A stretch of DNA of 15,886 bases, taken from contig CAZALK010000033.1 in NCBI GenBank assembly GCA_964486045.1, forward strand, positions 1-15,886. The letters are read 5' to 3'. The notes under the pieces are model-generated. The model saw nothing but the letters and a program-made list of their open reading frames with translations. It was not told the origin of the DNA and did not search any database. The stretch comes from an uncultured archaeon. GTDB lineage: Archaea; Asgardarchaeota; Lokiarchaeia; Sigyniarchaeales; SOKP01. The position numbers and the translations under genes are program-made. Positions 1 to 8,301 of this stretch are shown here, in pieces (the first letter of the stretch is position 1; every line of letters begins with the position of its first letter).

Positions 1-295
1 GCTTGATTCAATCGTCACAAGTACCGTTATTTGTAAAAATATATAAAAGAAAAATTTAAATCTTTTTCAAAAGATTTAATCATATCTACTGCATAAACAA
101 TGACTCGTAATGGCACTTGGTGTTTTTTACCTACTTCTTGACAGAAAATTATTTTTTCATGGGCTTTACAAAAAGTAGTTAGATACCAAAGCTTATTAAA
201 TGTTAAAACAGAGATCTCCCAGAATTAAAATCTTTTTCTTTATAAATATTCCTTTCAATATGAAGACAAAAATAGAATAAAATTATAGGAGAAAA

Positions 296-1273
296 ATGAG
301 TCATAAACAAATAACTGATCCTCTACAAAAGAAAGCTATCAACGATTTACAGAAAATGAGACTACATTTTGATGTCGAATTTAAGGTTAAGAATGGAAAT
401 ATAAAAGAGCTTTTTTTTTGGCAGAATTGGATTGATAGACTTCCTGAATCTGTTGCCCATTTAGAACATTTAGAAAAGTTAACTTTAGGAATGAATCATC
501 TGTCCAGTTTACCTGAATCTTTTGTAAAATTAACAGAATTAAAAGAATTATTTTTAGAGGGAAATAATTTTGAAACGTATCCCGAAGTACTGTTGAGCTT
601 ACCTAACTTAGAATGGCTTGATCTTAGTGGAAATAAGATTAGTTCGATACCAGAATCGATATCTAAACAAAAAAATCTCAAAATCCTCGATCTCAGTTAT
701 AACCATGAATTAAAAACACTCCCAGACTCGATCACGAGCCTTGAGAAGCTCTTTGTTCTGGATTTAACACAATGTTATGATGTTATTGTCCCTAATTCAC
801 TTAAATCTATGAAGCAATTGGACCTTAGAGGGTTTGATGATTTAAGGGTTGACAAACAAGGAAACCTTACTATTGAATTAATGATTAGAGAGTATGGAAC
901 ACCTCCTGTTGACTATTATCAAGACGAAGAGATGAGAAAAAAAGTAATAGATCCTGATCAATTAGTCATTAATGATGAGAAAATAAAGATCCGCTTCACT
1001 TATCCGCTTTCAAGCGAACAAATTTTAACCTATGAAAATAAAGGAGGATTTACACGGTTAGATGTGTATCGATGCATTTATGAGGGATATAAAAAAATTT
1101 ATGATGAAGAAGAAAAAGCGGTTGGTGATCCGGGGATATACGGAAATGTTCTAAACCGGAAAAGGTCTGATGGTCCATACGGCATCTGGGGGCATTATAT
1201 TGGTGAATTGTGGATAGAAAGTATAACTTACAACACTCAAGCAAAGACTATCGATATGTTTATAGGATCATAA
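296..1273 (+). CDS. Leucine-rich repeat protein with an uncharacterised C-terminal domain
   Basis: About five 23-24 aa LRRs (LPESVAHLEHLEKLTLGMNHLSS, LPESFVKLTELKELFLEGNNFET, YPEVLLSLPNLEWLDLSGNKISS...), then a globular region with YPL..GFTR..Y..EE..NR..GPYGIWGH. AGGAG lies just upstream of the ATG; TAA stop. Confidence 0.9.
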   Translation: MSHKQITDPLQKKAINDLQKMRLHFDVEFKVKNGNIKELFFWQNWIDRLPESVAHLEHLEKLTLGMNHLSSLPESFVKLTELKELFLEGNNFETYPEVLLSLPNLEWLDLSGNKISSIPESISKQKNLKILDLSYNHELKTLPDSITSLEKLFVLDLTQCYDVIVPNSLKSMKQLDLRGFDDLRVDKQGNLTIELMIREYGTPPVDYYQDEEMRKKVIDPDQLVINDEKIKIRFTYPLSSEQILTYENKGGFTRLDVYRCIYEGYKKIYDEEEKAVGDPGIYGNVLNRKRSDGPYGIWGHYIGELWIESITYNTQAKTIDMFIGS

Positions 1274-1404
1274 GTTAACTTTTCTTAATTTTCTAGAAAT
1301 AAATTTTTGCATGGGCTTTAAATAGGTACTTTTTCAAAGTTCATTGATCATTATTTCACTACTCTTTCTACATGTTATATCTTAAGTCAGACAAATCGCC
1401 TTTT

Positions 1405-1443
1405 AGGGGTAATGAAAGTTACTCCTCTTTTTCTTTCTTTTTT
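1405..1443 (+). terminator. GNRA-capped hairpin followed by a U/C-rich tract
   Basis: aggggtaat-GAAA-gttactcct (1405-1426; 9 bp including two G-U pairs) followed by ctttttctttctttttt, about 130 nt downstream of the LRR gene. Confidence 0.45.
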
Positions 1444-1496
1444 CTTTAAATATTCTGAACATATTTCTCAAGCAAAAAATCAACTAAGGTTAAAAC

Positions 1497-3428
1497 ATGG
1501 AAGAAAAAGTCGAAAATAAGGAAAATAACGCTGAATCCCTACCTTTAGGAAAAAAATACGTATATACATGGAGAAATAAATTGATTACTTCAGGAGCGGG
1601 ATCCATTGAAGATTTCATTGCGACTTATAAACATATAGCAGAAAAAATGAGACGCTGGAAAGAAGCAGGGATCATTCTTGATCCGGATATCGATGGTGGT
1701 ATTGGAGATGATTATTCTCAGTTTTGTACCCATGATGAAGGGATTGCTATTAAAGAGGGTTTTGAAGAAGAAATTATTGAAGAATATGAAGAAGATTTAA
1801 AAAGTGAAAGGTCAGCTCCTCCATCTCTCGAATTTCAGATTAACGAATATCTTTCATTAAAATTGTATGATAGGTTTATTAAAATCTATGTCAACGGAGA
1901 ATCTTTTAACCAGTGTCGTTATCTTCTCATAGTCGATCCCCTTAAGCTTGAAAATCAAGACGAGATCGATTCCATAGATGAGGCTGAGTCAATATATAAC
2001 AAAGATTTAGAAAGAAAAGTCACCCCTGAGGAATTAGGGATTACCAAAGAGCAGGAATTCTGGGCACATTGTTCTAATTTACAAGCATGGGCAGAAAACG
2101 ATTATGACACTCGACTGCTACATAGTAACCTATCGTTTCCTCTGCTTAGAAAACTAACAAAGATCGGTGATGCTAAGGCACTAAAGGTGTTCAAAGAAGA
2201 GATTGCCCAAAGATTTGTGAGTGGATATATTCCAGTTATGAAGTATCTCTTCACAGAAAAATATGTAGATTGTATGACTCCAGAAGAGTTTGAAGTAATT
2301 TTAAATGAATTAGATTATAATACTCTTGATCTAAATTTACTATTAGAAAATATTGGGGATTATAGAGATTCAAAATATGGAACCCTTTTTCTTTTGCGGA
2401 TAAGGGGGGAATTTTTGGATCACTTTACAAACAACAAGATGTATGTCGAAGCAGTTTTCCATCATTTGGATGCAAGTGAGTTTAGCCCAATTGTAGTTAC
2501 TCCTAATAGGCAGTATTTTATCAGAGGTTCAAATGATGGCAAACTCAAAGTGTTTGGGATATTTAACGCTGACTTGGTGCGAGTCTTCGGTGACCATAAA
2601 GGACAATGCGTATCTACTCTTGCAATTTCACGTGATGGCAGGTACGTTGCAAGTTCTTCGGATACTCTCGTGAATGTATGGGACTACGAAACAGGGATCT
2701 TATTACACTCTTTTGAAGGCCATGAAGATTATGTAAATGCTTTAACCTTTGATCCTGAAGGGGGATATCTAGTAAGTGGCTCGGGAGGTGACGATTGGAA
2801 TGAAAGTGCCATAAAAATCTGGGATCTGAATAAAGGAAAGTTAAAAAGAACTGTGAACTCTCATTGGAAATCTATTATTTCATTATCATTTTCACCGAAC
2901 GGGAAGTATCTAGTCAGTGGAGCTCGTGATAAAACAGTGAATGTATGGGACACAATAAATGGGAGACTCCTCACTACGTTGGCTGGACATAAAAATAGTG
3001 TAATTGATGTAGCAATTACAAATGAGAAAAAGGTAGTAAGTGCCTCGTACGATGATACGATTAAAGTCTGGGATGCTGATAGTGGGGAAGTACTCAGGGA
3101 AATGGAAGTTTATCAATCAAAAAATTCGGAGACAAGGTTTGAAATTGTAAGTTTTGTGTTAACTCCTGACCACGAATTTGTTATTGGCGGATTACAAGGC
3201 TCCCTCAAAGATGGGGGAAAATTATGTATTTGGAAGCTTTCAAATGGGAAGTGTATCCAAGCGTTGCCCATAAAGCAAGATTTCGCCGGAGCTTATGAAG
3301 AACTAAATCAAATAGCGATTTCTAGTGACGGCCTATTTGTCTTTTCAGCATCACGGGATAGGATGGTAAAAGTATGGATGGAGTTCATCGAATATATGGA
3401 CTTTCAAGAATTTATTCAAGACTCATAA
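1497..3428 (+). CDS. Multidomain protein: acidic N-terminal domain + Lokiarchaeia-type domain X + WD40 beta-propeller
   Basis: Domain X at about aa 112-266 (EFQINEYLSLKL...FWAHCSNLQAWAENDYDTRLLHSNLSFPLLRKL...VFKEEI). About seven WD40 repeats follow (GHEDYVNALTFDPEGGYLVSGS, SGARDKTVNVWD, GHKNSVIDVAIT..SASYDDTIKVWD). Confidence 0.92.
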   Translation: MEEKVENKENNAESLPLGKKYVYTWRNKLITSGAGSIEDFIATYKHIAEKMRRWKEAGIILDPDIDGGIGDDYSQFCTHDEGIAIKEGFEEEIIEEYEEDLKSERSAPPSLEFQINEYLSLKLYDRFIKIYVNGESFNQCRYLLIVDPLKLENQDEIDSIDEAESIYNKDLERKVTPEELGITKEQEFWAHCSNLQAWAENDYDTRLLHSNLSFPLLRKLTKIGDAKALKVFKEEIAQRFVSGYIPVMKYLFTEKYVDCMTPEEFEVILNELDYNTLDLNLLLENIGDYRDSKYGTLFLLRIRGEFLDHFTNNKMYVEAVFHHLDASEFSPIVVTPNRQYFIRGSNDGKLKVFGIFNADLVRVFGDHKGQCVSTLAISRDGRYVASSSDTLVNVWDYETGILLHSFEGHEDYVNALTFDPEGGYLVSGSGGDDWNESAIKIWDLNKGKLKRTVNSHWKSIISLSFSPNGKYLVSGARDKTVNVWDTINGRLLTTLAGHKNSVIDVAITNEKKVVSASYDDTIKVWDADSGEVLREMEVYQSKNSETRFEIVSFVLTPDHEFVIGGLQGSLKDGGKLCIWKLSNGKCIQALPIKQDFAGAYEELNQIAISSDGLFVFSASRDRMVKVWMEFIEYMDFQEFIQDS

Positions 3429-3566
3429 GACCTTTTCTTTCTTAATATTTGTAGTTTTCTGAATCAAATTTTGTTCGCTTTCATGACAAACTACGCACAT
3501 TTCCTGATATTGCATGAATTCCGTTTCATCAATTACTTTACTACACTTTGGGCAATAAATTTTCAA
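3423..3566 (-). CDS. Small CxxC...CxxC zinc-finger protein (47 aa), not in the ORF track
   Basis: Manual translation from TTG: MKIYCPKCSKVIDETEFMQYQEMCVVCHESEQNLIQKTTNIKKEKVL*. A (C)TGTGAT SD-like sequence and a minus-strand TTTTTC..TTTATAT motif (~3615-3632) lie upstream. Its 3' end overlaps that of the WD40 gene. Confidence 0.7.
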   Translation of the reverse strand: MKIYCPKCSKVIDETEFMQYQEMCVVCHESEQNLIQKTTNIKKEKVL

Positions 3567-3701
3567 AATATATCACAGGTAATTTTCTAAGTTTACGTCT
3601 TATTTTCACCAAACATATAAAAAAGAAAAAAAGTAGAATCTTGTTTAGTATATGTTAAAATTTTAAATAGGTAAAGCTATTTTTTCTTTTTATAGTATTA
3701 G

Positions 3702-4442
3702 TTGGAGAAACTTAAAAAAGGATTTTCTCACAATCTTAAAATAATATATTTTCCAAAAGAAAAGATGGCAAGATTACAATTTTTAAGTTTTACGACCAAT
3801 CAAGACGGGTTCGTAAGTTGCCCAGATTTTATTAAAGGATGGGAATCTACAGCATTCCTCTCTAAAATTGAGGAAAGCCCATTAGGAAAGATGTTCTTTC
3901 AACCTTCATGCAAGTATTGTAGACACATGAAGTATGATGAATGTTATTTTGAATCGGCAGAGATTCGTGAGGTGAGTGGTGAGGTTTCTCCTTTTTCACT
4001 GAACCCTTTTAGCAAGTGGCATAAATATAGATGTGATATTTGTGGTCAGTCCCTCTCTCAGACGTTTCTATTATTAAAAAAACGATACATTAAGAGGAAA
4101 GAAGGAATTGATATTCCGTTAATTTGTAGTAGCTGTTATAAGCATGTTATACAGCGTGGAAATATTGACAAAAAATTTGTTAATTCTATACTTTTATATG
4201 GCTTGACCTTGTTTTTACCGGTGTTCATGGTTACGTTAGTTACTATCCTTTACTTTCTATTACGTCTCTACGCTCAGCCTAATTCTATCACTTATGCTGT
4301 ACTTATAATAATTCTTGATTCAGCAATGGGATTTGTTATCTACAATTATCCAGTAAAAAGACTGCGGTTATTGGCTCATGGTAAAGAGATCCTTATGATG
4401 TCTCTCTCTAACCCTGCGGTAAGGGAGTTAATGTTGAAGTAG
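3702..4442 (+). CDS. Cys-rich (probable zinc-binding) membrane protein
   Basis: CKYC, CDIC and CSSC pairs followed by two hydrophobic helices (SILLYGLTLFLPVFMVTLVTILYFLL; ITYAVLIIILDSAMGFVIY). The true start may be ATG 3765. Confidence 0.8.
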   Translation: MEKLKKGFSHNLKIIYFPKEKMARLQFLSFTTNQDGFVSCPDFIKGWESTAFLSKIEESPLGKMFFQPSCKYCRHMKYDECYFESAEIREVSGEVSPFSLNPFSKWHKYRCDICGQSLSQTFLLLKKRYIKRKEGIDIPLICSSCYKHVIQRGNIDKKFVNSILLYGLTLFLPVFMVTLVTILYFLLRLYAQPNSITYAVLIIILDSAMGFVIYNYPVKRLRLLAHGKEILMMSLSNPAVRELMLK

Positions 4443-4532
4443 TTGTTATTTAAGACTAAGGTTAAATGTAAATCATTTTTACTTCTTTCTCCATTTTTTT
4501 CCGAAGTTTTATTATGGCTCTTAGAATTAAGT

Positions 4533-5411
4533 TTAAAATTTCTTGTAGATACGATTTCTTTTTCTATTTCTATTTTTAGACATATGATATAAAATTGAAG
4601 ATTTAAAATAATTCCAGTAATTCTTATTGATTTTATACAGTTCTCGTATACATTGTAAAAGACTTATATCTGATGGTTGGAATCTTAATCCTTTCTTGAG
4701 CGTTTCTATGGCTTCATCAATGTTTCCTTTCTCATGAAATAAATCACTTAGACCAACCCAGGTGCTTACAGAAAAAGGATCTGACTGGACTGCTTTCCAA
4801 TACATCCACATAGCTTGATTATCCTTTTTCTCTTGAAGGTAGAGGAGAGCAAGGTTAATAAAAGCATATCTTCTAACTGAACTATATCTTCCAAGTGAAG
4901 CTTTTCTATACATTTTCTTAGCATTATTAATTTGACATAGATTGTTGTAAATATCTCCAAGACTCAAATAATCATCACTTTCTAACTTGTACATCCCTGC
5001 AAGGGTATTATAATATTTCAACGCTCTATGGTAATCCATTTCAATTATGCAGACATCACAAAGCCTTTTTAATACAGTCTTATTTATTGGATTAATCTCG
5101 AGAGCATGCTCCAAAGCTTCGATTGCTTCCTCTCCTTGTGAATTTAATAAATACTCCTCAGCAATAACTTTCCATAGATCAGCATCTATGACATATTTAA
5201 ATAACTCAAGTTTCTCTGATTTCGAGAAATTGTCCAAATATCCTTCAGAAATCAAGAATTCTTGCACAGGACCATAAAAACTTTTGAACCGTTTCGTTAT
5301 TTCTTCCTTAAAAACAGTAATCGCTTGGGGATCTCCAACTTCTGAAAGACGGCGTATCAAGGGAAATGACAGATCGCTACTTAAAAGACGAGTATCATAG
5401 TTATTTTCCAC
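4533..5411 (-). CDS. TPR-containing C-terminal part of the interrupted gene
   Basis: TPR-like units (WKVIAEEYLLNSQGEEAIEALEHALEINP; WVGLSDLFHEKGNIDEAIETLKKGLRFQP). The ORF begins in the middle of domain X (VENNYDTRLLSSDLSFPL), so the GTG is unlikely to be a real start. Confidence 0.5.
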   Translation of the reverse strand: MENNYDTRLLSSDLSFPLIRRLSEVGDPQAITVFKEEITKRFKSFYGPVQEFLISEGYLDNFSKSEKLELFKYVIDADLWKVIAEEYLLNSQGEEAIEALEHALEINPINKTVLKRLCDVCIIEMDYHRALKYYNTLAGMYKLESDDYLSLGDIYNNLCQINNAKKMYRKASLGRYSSVRRYAFINLALLYLQEKKDNQAMWMYWKAVQSDPFSVSTWVGLSDLFHEKGNIDEAIETLKKGLRFQPSDISLLQCIRELYKINKNYWNYFKSSILYHMSKNRNRKRNRIYKKF

Positions 5412-5510
5412 CCATACTTGAAGATTTGAACAATGACCTTTGAATATTTCTTTAGGCTTTATTTCGAACTGATGAGAGTAGAAAGTTGATTCTTTTTCAT
5501 CACCATATCG

Positions 5511-6128
5511 CTAAATTACATGATCTAAGGTGTCTACAGTATTTATGTCTCCAAACGGAACATCTATTATTAAATGTTTGCAGATCATATACAGTTTCTT
5601 GGCAATATAGATCAGTGTCTCCCCTCTCCTCAATTTAACAACAATAAATTCGTTTATCCTAAATGAAGCTCTTCTTACTCCCGAATATAGAGATGGCATG
5701 GAAATAATTCCTCCAAAAAATATAATCACCGTTCCAGGTCCTTGCCCGAATCCTTCTATAGAGAATAAAAGAATATAAATATAAGCAGCTAACACTCCAA
5801 GCAGGATAACTGGACTATAAATTATCCACCATAGTAATGTCTTTTTCCTATTTTTTAGATCATATGAAAAAATGATGAGAAACACACAACATATACAGAG
5901 CAGAAAAGCGGTTATAACACCTAAGCTCATAATAAAAAGAAATTGGAATGCAAATGTATAACCATACAACAGTTCCAAGTATTCCAAGATATTTGGTTCC
6001 ACATCACCAATTCCTACTATCCAGAAGTCCAATTTCCCATATAAACTTCCTGTTGGGAAAAATAACCCTAATAATACGACCATAGCGCCAATAGCTGGAA
6101 AGATAAACTTGTATTTCAAAAAATTCAA
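5511..6128 (-). CDS. N-terminal membrane part of the interrupted gene
   Basis: About four hydrophobic segments, then the first half of domain X (SFRINEFIVVKL...IYIAKKLYMICKHLII), ending at the TAG. Confidence 0.5.
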   Translation of the reverse strand: MNFLKYKFIFPAIGAMVVLLGLFFPTGSLYGKLDFWIVGIGDVEPNILEYLELLYGYTFAFQFLFIMSLGVITAFLLCICCVFLIIFSYDLKNRKKTLLWWIIYSPVILLGVLAAYIYILLFSIEGFGQGPGTVIIFFGGIISMPSLYSGVRRASFRINEFIVVKLRRGETLIYIAKKLYMICKHLIIDVPFGDINTVDTLDHVI

Positions 6129-6130
6129 AA

Positions 6131-6385
6131 TTATGACTCCATTGAGGCAGTTGGGGAACTATCAACGAAGACAATTTCGGAGAAGATGCTTTTACCTGTT
6201 ATTGCATCTATTAGATCCTTGACATCTCTCTTCCCAATTGTTTTATTATAAAAATTATTCACTTCAATAAGCCCATTAAAGGGTGAGACAATCTGATTAT
6301 AATCAACTACTCCAATAATCCATTGAGCAGTCTGCATATCATCCTCTTGAAACCAAATTCTGCAAATTAAGTCATCTTCTAACAT
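6131..6385 (-). CDS. Hypothetical protein (84 aa)
   Basis: ATG lies ~25 nt downstream of a TTTTTTCTTTAAATA motif (6424-6410). Its stop is 2 nt before the next minus-strand gene, suggesting an operon. Confidence 0.7.
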   Translation of the reverse strand: MLEDDLICRIWFQEDDMQTAQWIIGVVDYNQIVSPFNGLIEVNNFYNKTIGKRDVKDLIDAITGKSIFSEIVFVDSSPTASMES

Positions 6386-6409
6386 AATACTGATTTATCA
6401 AATTATGAA

Positions 6410-6491
6410 TATTTAAAGAAAAAAGAAATTTAGTCTCAAAATCTTAATCTATACATCCCATCTAAATTTGATCACTCTTTTTCTTTATATG
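6410..6491. promoter_or_regulatory. Divergent archaeal promoters (TTTTTC + TATA box)
   Basis: Minus strand TTTTTTCTTTAAATA at 6424-6410 and plus strand TTTTTCTTTATATG at 6478-6491. Each lies ~23-25 nt before an ATG, consistent with leaderless transcripts. Confidence 0.6.
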
Positions 6492-6513
6492 GATAGAAAT
6501 ATTTTAATGTATC

Positions 6514-7230
6514 ATGGTTAACCATATAATACCTCATATTATAGTAGACAACAGAGAAGGAAAGTTAATGGAAGTTCTTGATAGAAAAAGTGATGTGATA
6601 ACCTATGAGTCTAAACAACTCGATATAGCAGATATTATTATTACTTCTGAAGTTGCAATAGAACGAAAGGAGGGATATGACTTCGTGACTTCAATTATGG
6701 ACAATCGACTATTTGAGCAGATAGTTAGATTGAAAGACACTTACAACACTCAGATACTTATCTTAGAAGGCTTAAATGATAAAGTATTTGAGAGAACTGG
6801 TATGAAAATTAGTTCTATATATGGGGCACTCTCCGTTGTATCCTACAAATTGGGAATGTCAGTAATACCTACTCGAAATATTGAAGATACTGCAATTGTT
6901 ATTGAGGGAATTGCCGTAAGAGAACAGGGAGGAGATGAAAATAATCTTCCTCTTGTCCGCAGATCACCTAAAACAATGGATAAGTCTGCAAGGAGAACTT
7001 ATATTATTGAAGGATTGGTTGATACCGGTCCTAAGAAAGCAAAGATGTTAATTGATACTTACAAGACTCCACATAAAGTCTTAAAGTCTATAAAGGATAC
7101 TGAAATAACGTTCACCCGCACTGGAAATCCTAAAGGTATTAAAGGCCCGCTTGAATATCTGACCGGATTTGGTTGGAAATATGTACAAAAGAACAAAAAA
7201 ATATTGTTTGGTAGTAAAAAAAATGGTTAG
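6514..7230 (+). CDS. ERCC4-domain structure-specific endonuclease (short XPF/Mus81/Hef-nuclease type) with helix-hairpin-helix
   Basis: IIVDNRE, LDIADIII and the ERKxxxD motif IERKEGYDFVTSIMDNRLFEQ, then LILEG and an HhH-like IEGLVDTGPKKAKML. No helicase domain. Confidence 0.9.
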   Translation: MVNHIIPHIIVDNREGKLMEVLDRKSDVITYESKQLDIADIIITSEVAIERKEGYDFVTSIMDNRLFEQIVRLKDTYNTQILILEGLNDKVFERTGMKISSIYGALSVVSYKLGMSVIPTRNIEDTAIVIEGIAVREQGGDENNLPLVRRSPKTMDKSARRTYIIEGLVDTGPKKAKMLIDTYKTPHKVLKSIKDTEITFTRTGNPKGIKGPLEYLTGFGWKYVQKNKKILFGSKKNG

Positions 7231-7284
7231 GTACTTGTTTTAGCAAAGTCTTTTTATTTAAAGTATTTAAAAAATTGAATTGTT

Positions 7285-7764
7285 ATGAAAGATCTAAAAA
7301 GAATTAAGGAAATATGTAGGTTGTTAGAAGAAGCTTGGTCTTTTGATCCCCACCAACGGTTAGGACAATTCCTACTTAATTATGTTTTTGGGAGTTTTGG
7401 GAAAGATAGCCACATCTATATGAAAGAAGATGAGGAGATTACAATAATTCTCCAAAATTTCGTTGAAAAATTTAGAGAATTTAATAATATTCTGAAACCT
7501 GAAGTGATTAAGAAAACTAGAGAAATATTGACTGAATTATCCAAGGCAACCCAAAAATTATCAAATAAGAAGGCTTGCTGTGTTTGCCTTCATGATCTTT
7601 CTGACCATATTGATGAGAAAGAGGGTTGGAGATGTCACATGTTAGGACCTGACGGATTTCAATGTGAGTGTTTCTTAAGAAAATCAGGATTTGATTCAAT
7701 AGAGGGATACGAGTTAAATAAACGGATTTCGCAAGTGAAAGAAGAGCTAGAACTTGGTGAATAA
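7285..7764 (+). CDS. Hypothetical two-domain protein: DUF1040/YihD-like N-terminus + Cys/His-rich C-terminus
   Basis: KRIKEICRLLEEAWSFDPHQRLGQFL resembles the RI..L...W...PD.RLGQL pattern (recalled). The C-terminus reads CCVCLHDLSDH...WRCH...QCECFL. Confidence 0.75.
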   Translation: MKDLKRIKEICRLLEEAWSFDPHQRLGQFLLNYVFGSFGKDSHIYMKEDEEITIILQNFVEKFREFNNILKPEVIKKTREILTELSKATQKLSNKKACCVCLHDLSDHIDEKEGWRCHMLGPDGFQCECFLRKSGFDSIEGYELNKRISQVKEELELGE

Positions 7765-7771
7765 TTATAAC

Positions 7772-7903
7772 TTAAGTTTCCATTGCCATGGGTCGAATAA
7801 TCGCAAGGCTGTTTTTATCAATAACCACACTCTCATATTCCTTACAAATTACTAATCTTTCAATATCTGTCTTTGCAATTACTTTATTGCCATAATTCTT
7901 CAC
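7772..7903 (-). CDS. Possible small protein (43 aa)
   Basis: GTG start: MKNYGNKVIAKTDIERLVICKEYESVVIDKNSLAIIRPMAMET*. Two minus-strand TTTTTTCTTTA motifs lie upstream (7943-7974). Confidence 0.4.
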   Translation of the reverse strand: MKNYGNKVIAKTDIERLVICKEYESVVIDKNSLAIIRPMAMET

Positions 7904-8086
7904 TACAATGAAACTGTTCTCAGATTAGAATAATTGCTCTTTATCTAAAGAAAAAAGAAAATTTAAAGAAAAAACAAACAAAATCGTGATAGTATTAAGA
8001 CCTATAAAACAAGATGAGAAAATAATCAAGAGACATAAAATTACGACACTATTAGGATTTATAACAGATGATTGTATGCGTATCAC

Positions 8087-8174
8087 AATGGGGTAGTTTA
8101 TAGGATCACTAGGATACATATTTATATAGGCATAAATACCTCCTTTTGTTTGATCCTATAAACTAATTCCCATT
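8087..8174. repeat. Inverted repeat / long hairpin
   Basis: Perfect 15-bp inverted repeat tagtttataggatca (8094-8108) / tgatcctataaacta (8151-8165), extended by aatggg/cccatt. The loop contains an inner tatttat/ataaata stem, and a T-rich tract follows. Confidence 0.75.
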
Positions 8175-8301
8175 CTTTTTTTATTTCTCTTATTTTATTA
8201 TTATTTGATTTTTCAAGTAGTTTAAATAGGAGAACTAAGATTTAATTTTGCCTATATAAGATGTAATAAAACACGATTATAAGAATGGAGGTATATAAAT
8301 A

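Larger units (their letters stand above)
4533..6128 (-). pseudogene. Single gene (~4 TM helices + domain X + TPR repeats) interrupted by one in-frame TAG at 5511-5513; pseudogene, read-through or sequence error
   Basis: Track ORFs 5511..6128 and 4533..5411 share a frame. The 33 codons between them are open and read RYGDEKESTFYSHQFEIKPKEIFKGHCSNLQVW, the conserved core of domain X, collinear with the intact copies in the genes at 1497 and 13699. Confidence 0.8.

Noticed and set aside
1483-4466. Exact 12-bp direct repeat actaaggttaaa (1483-1494 and 4455-4466)
   Set aside because: Matches of this length are expected by chance in 16 kb of AT-rich DNA, and there is no flanking similarity.
7925-8119. 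64-aa minus-strand ORF
   Set aside because: It runs through the inverted repeat and low-complexity promoter-like tracts, and the nearby SD is spaced for the 3-codon ORF instead. Not called as a CDS; mentioned only as a possibility in the hairpin finding.
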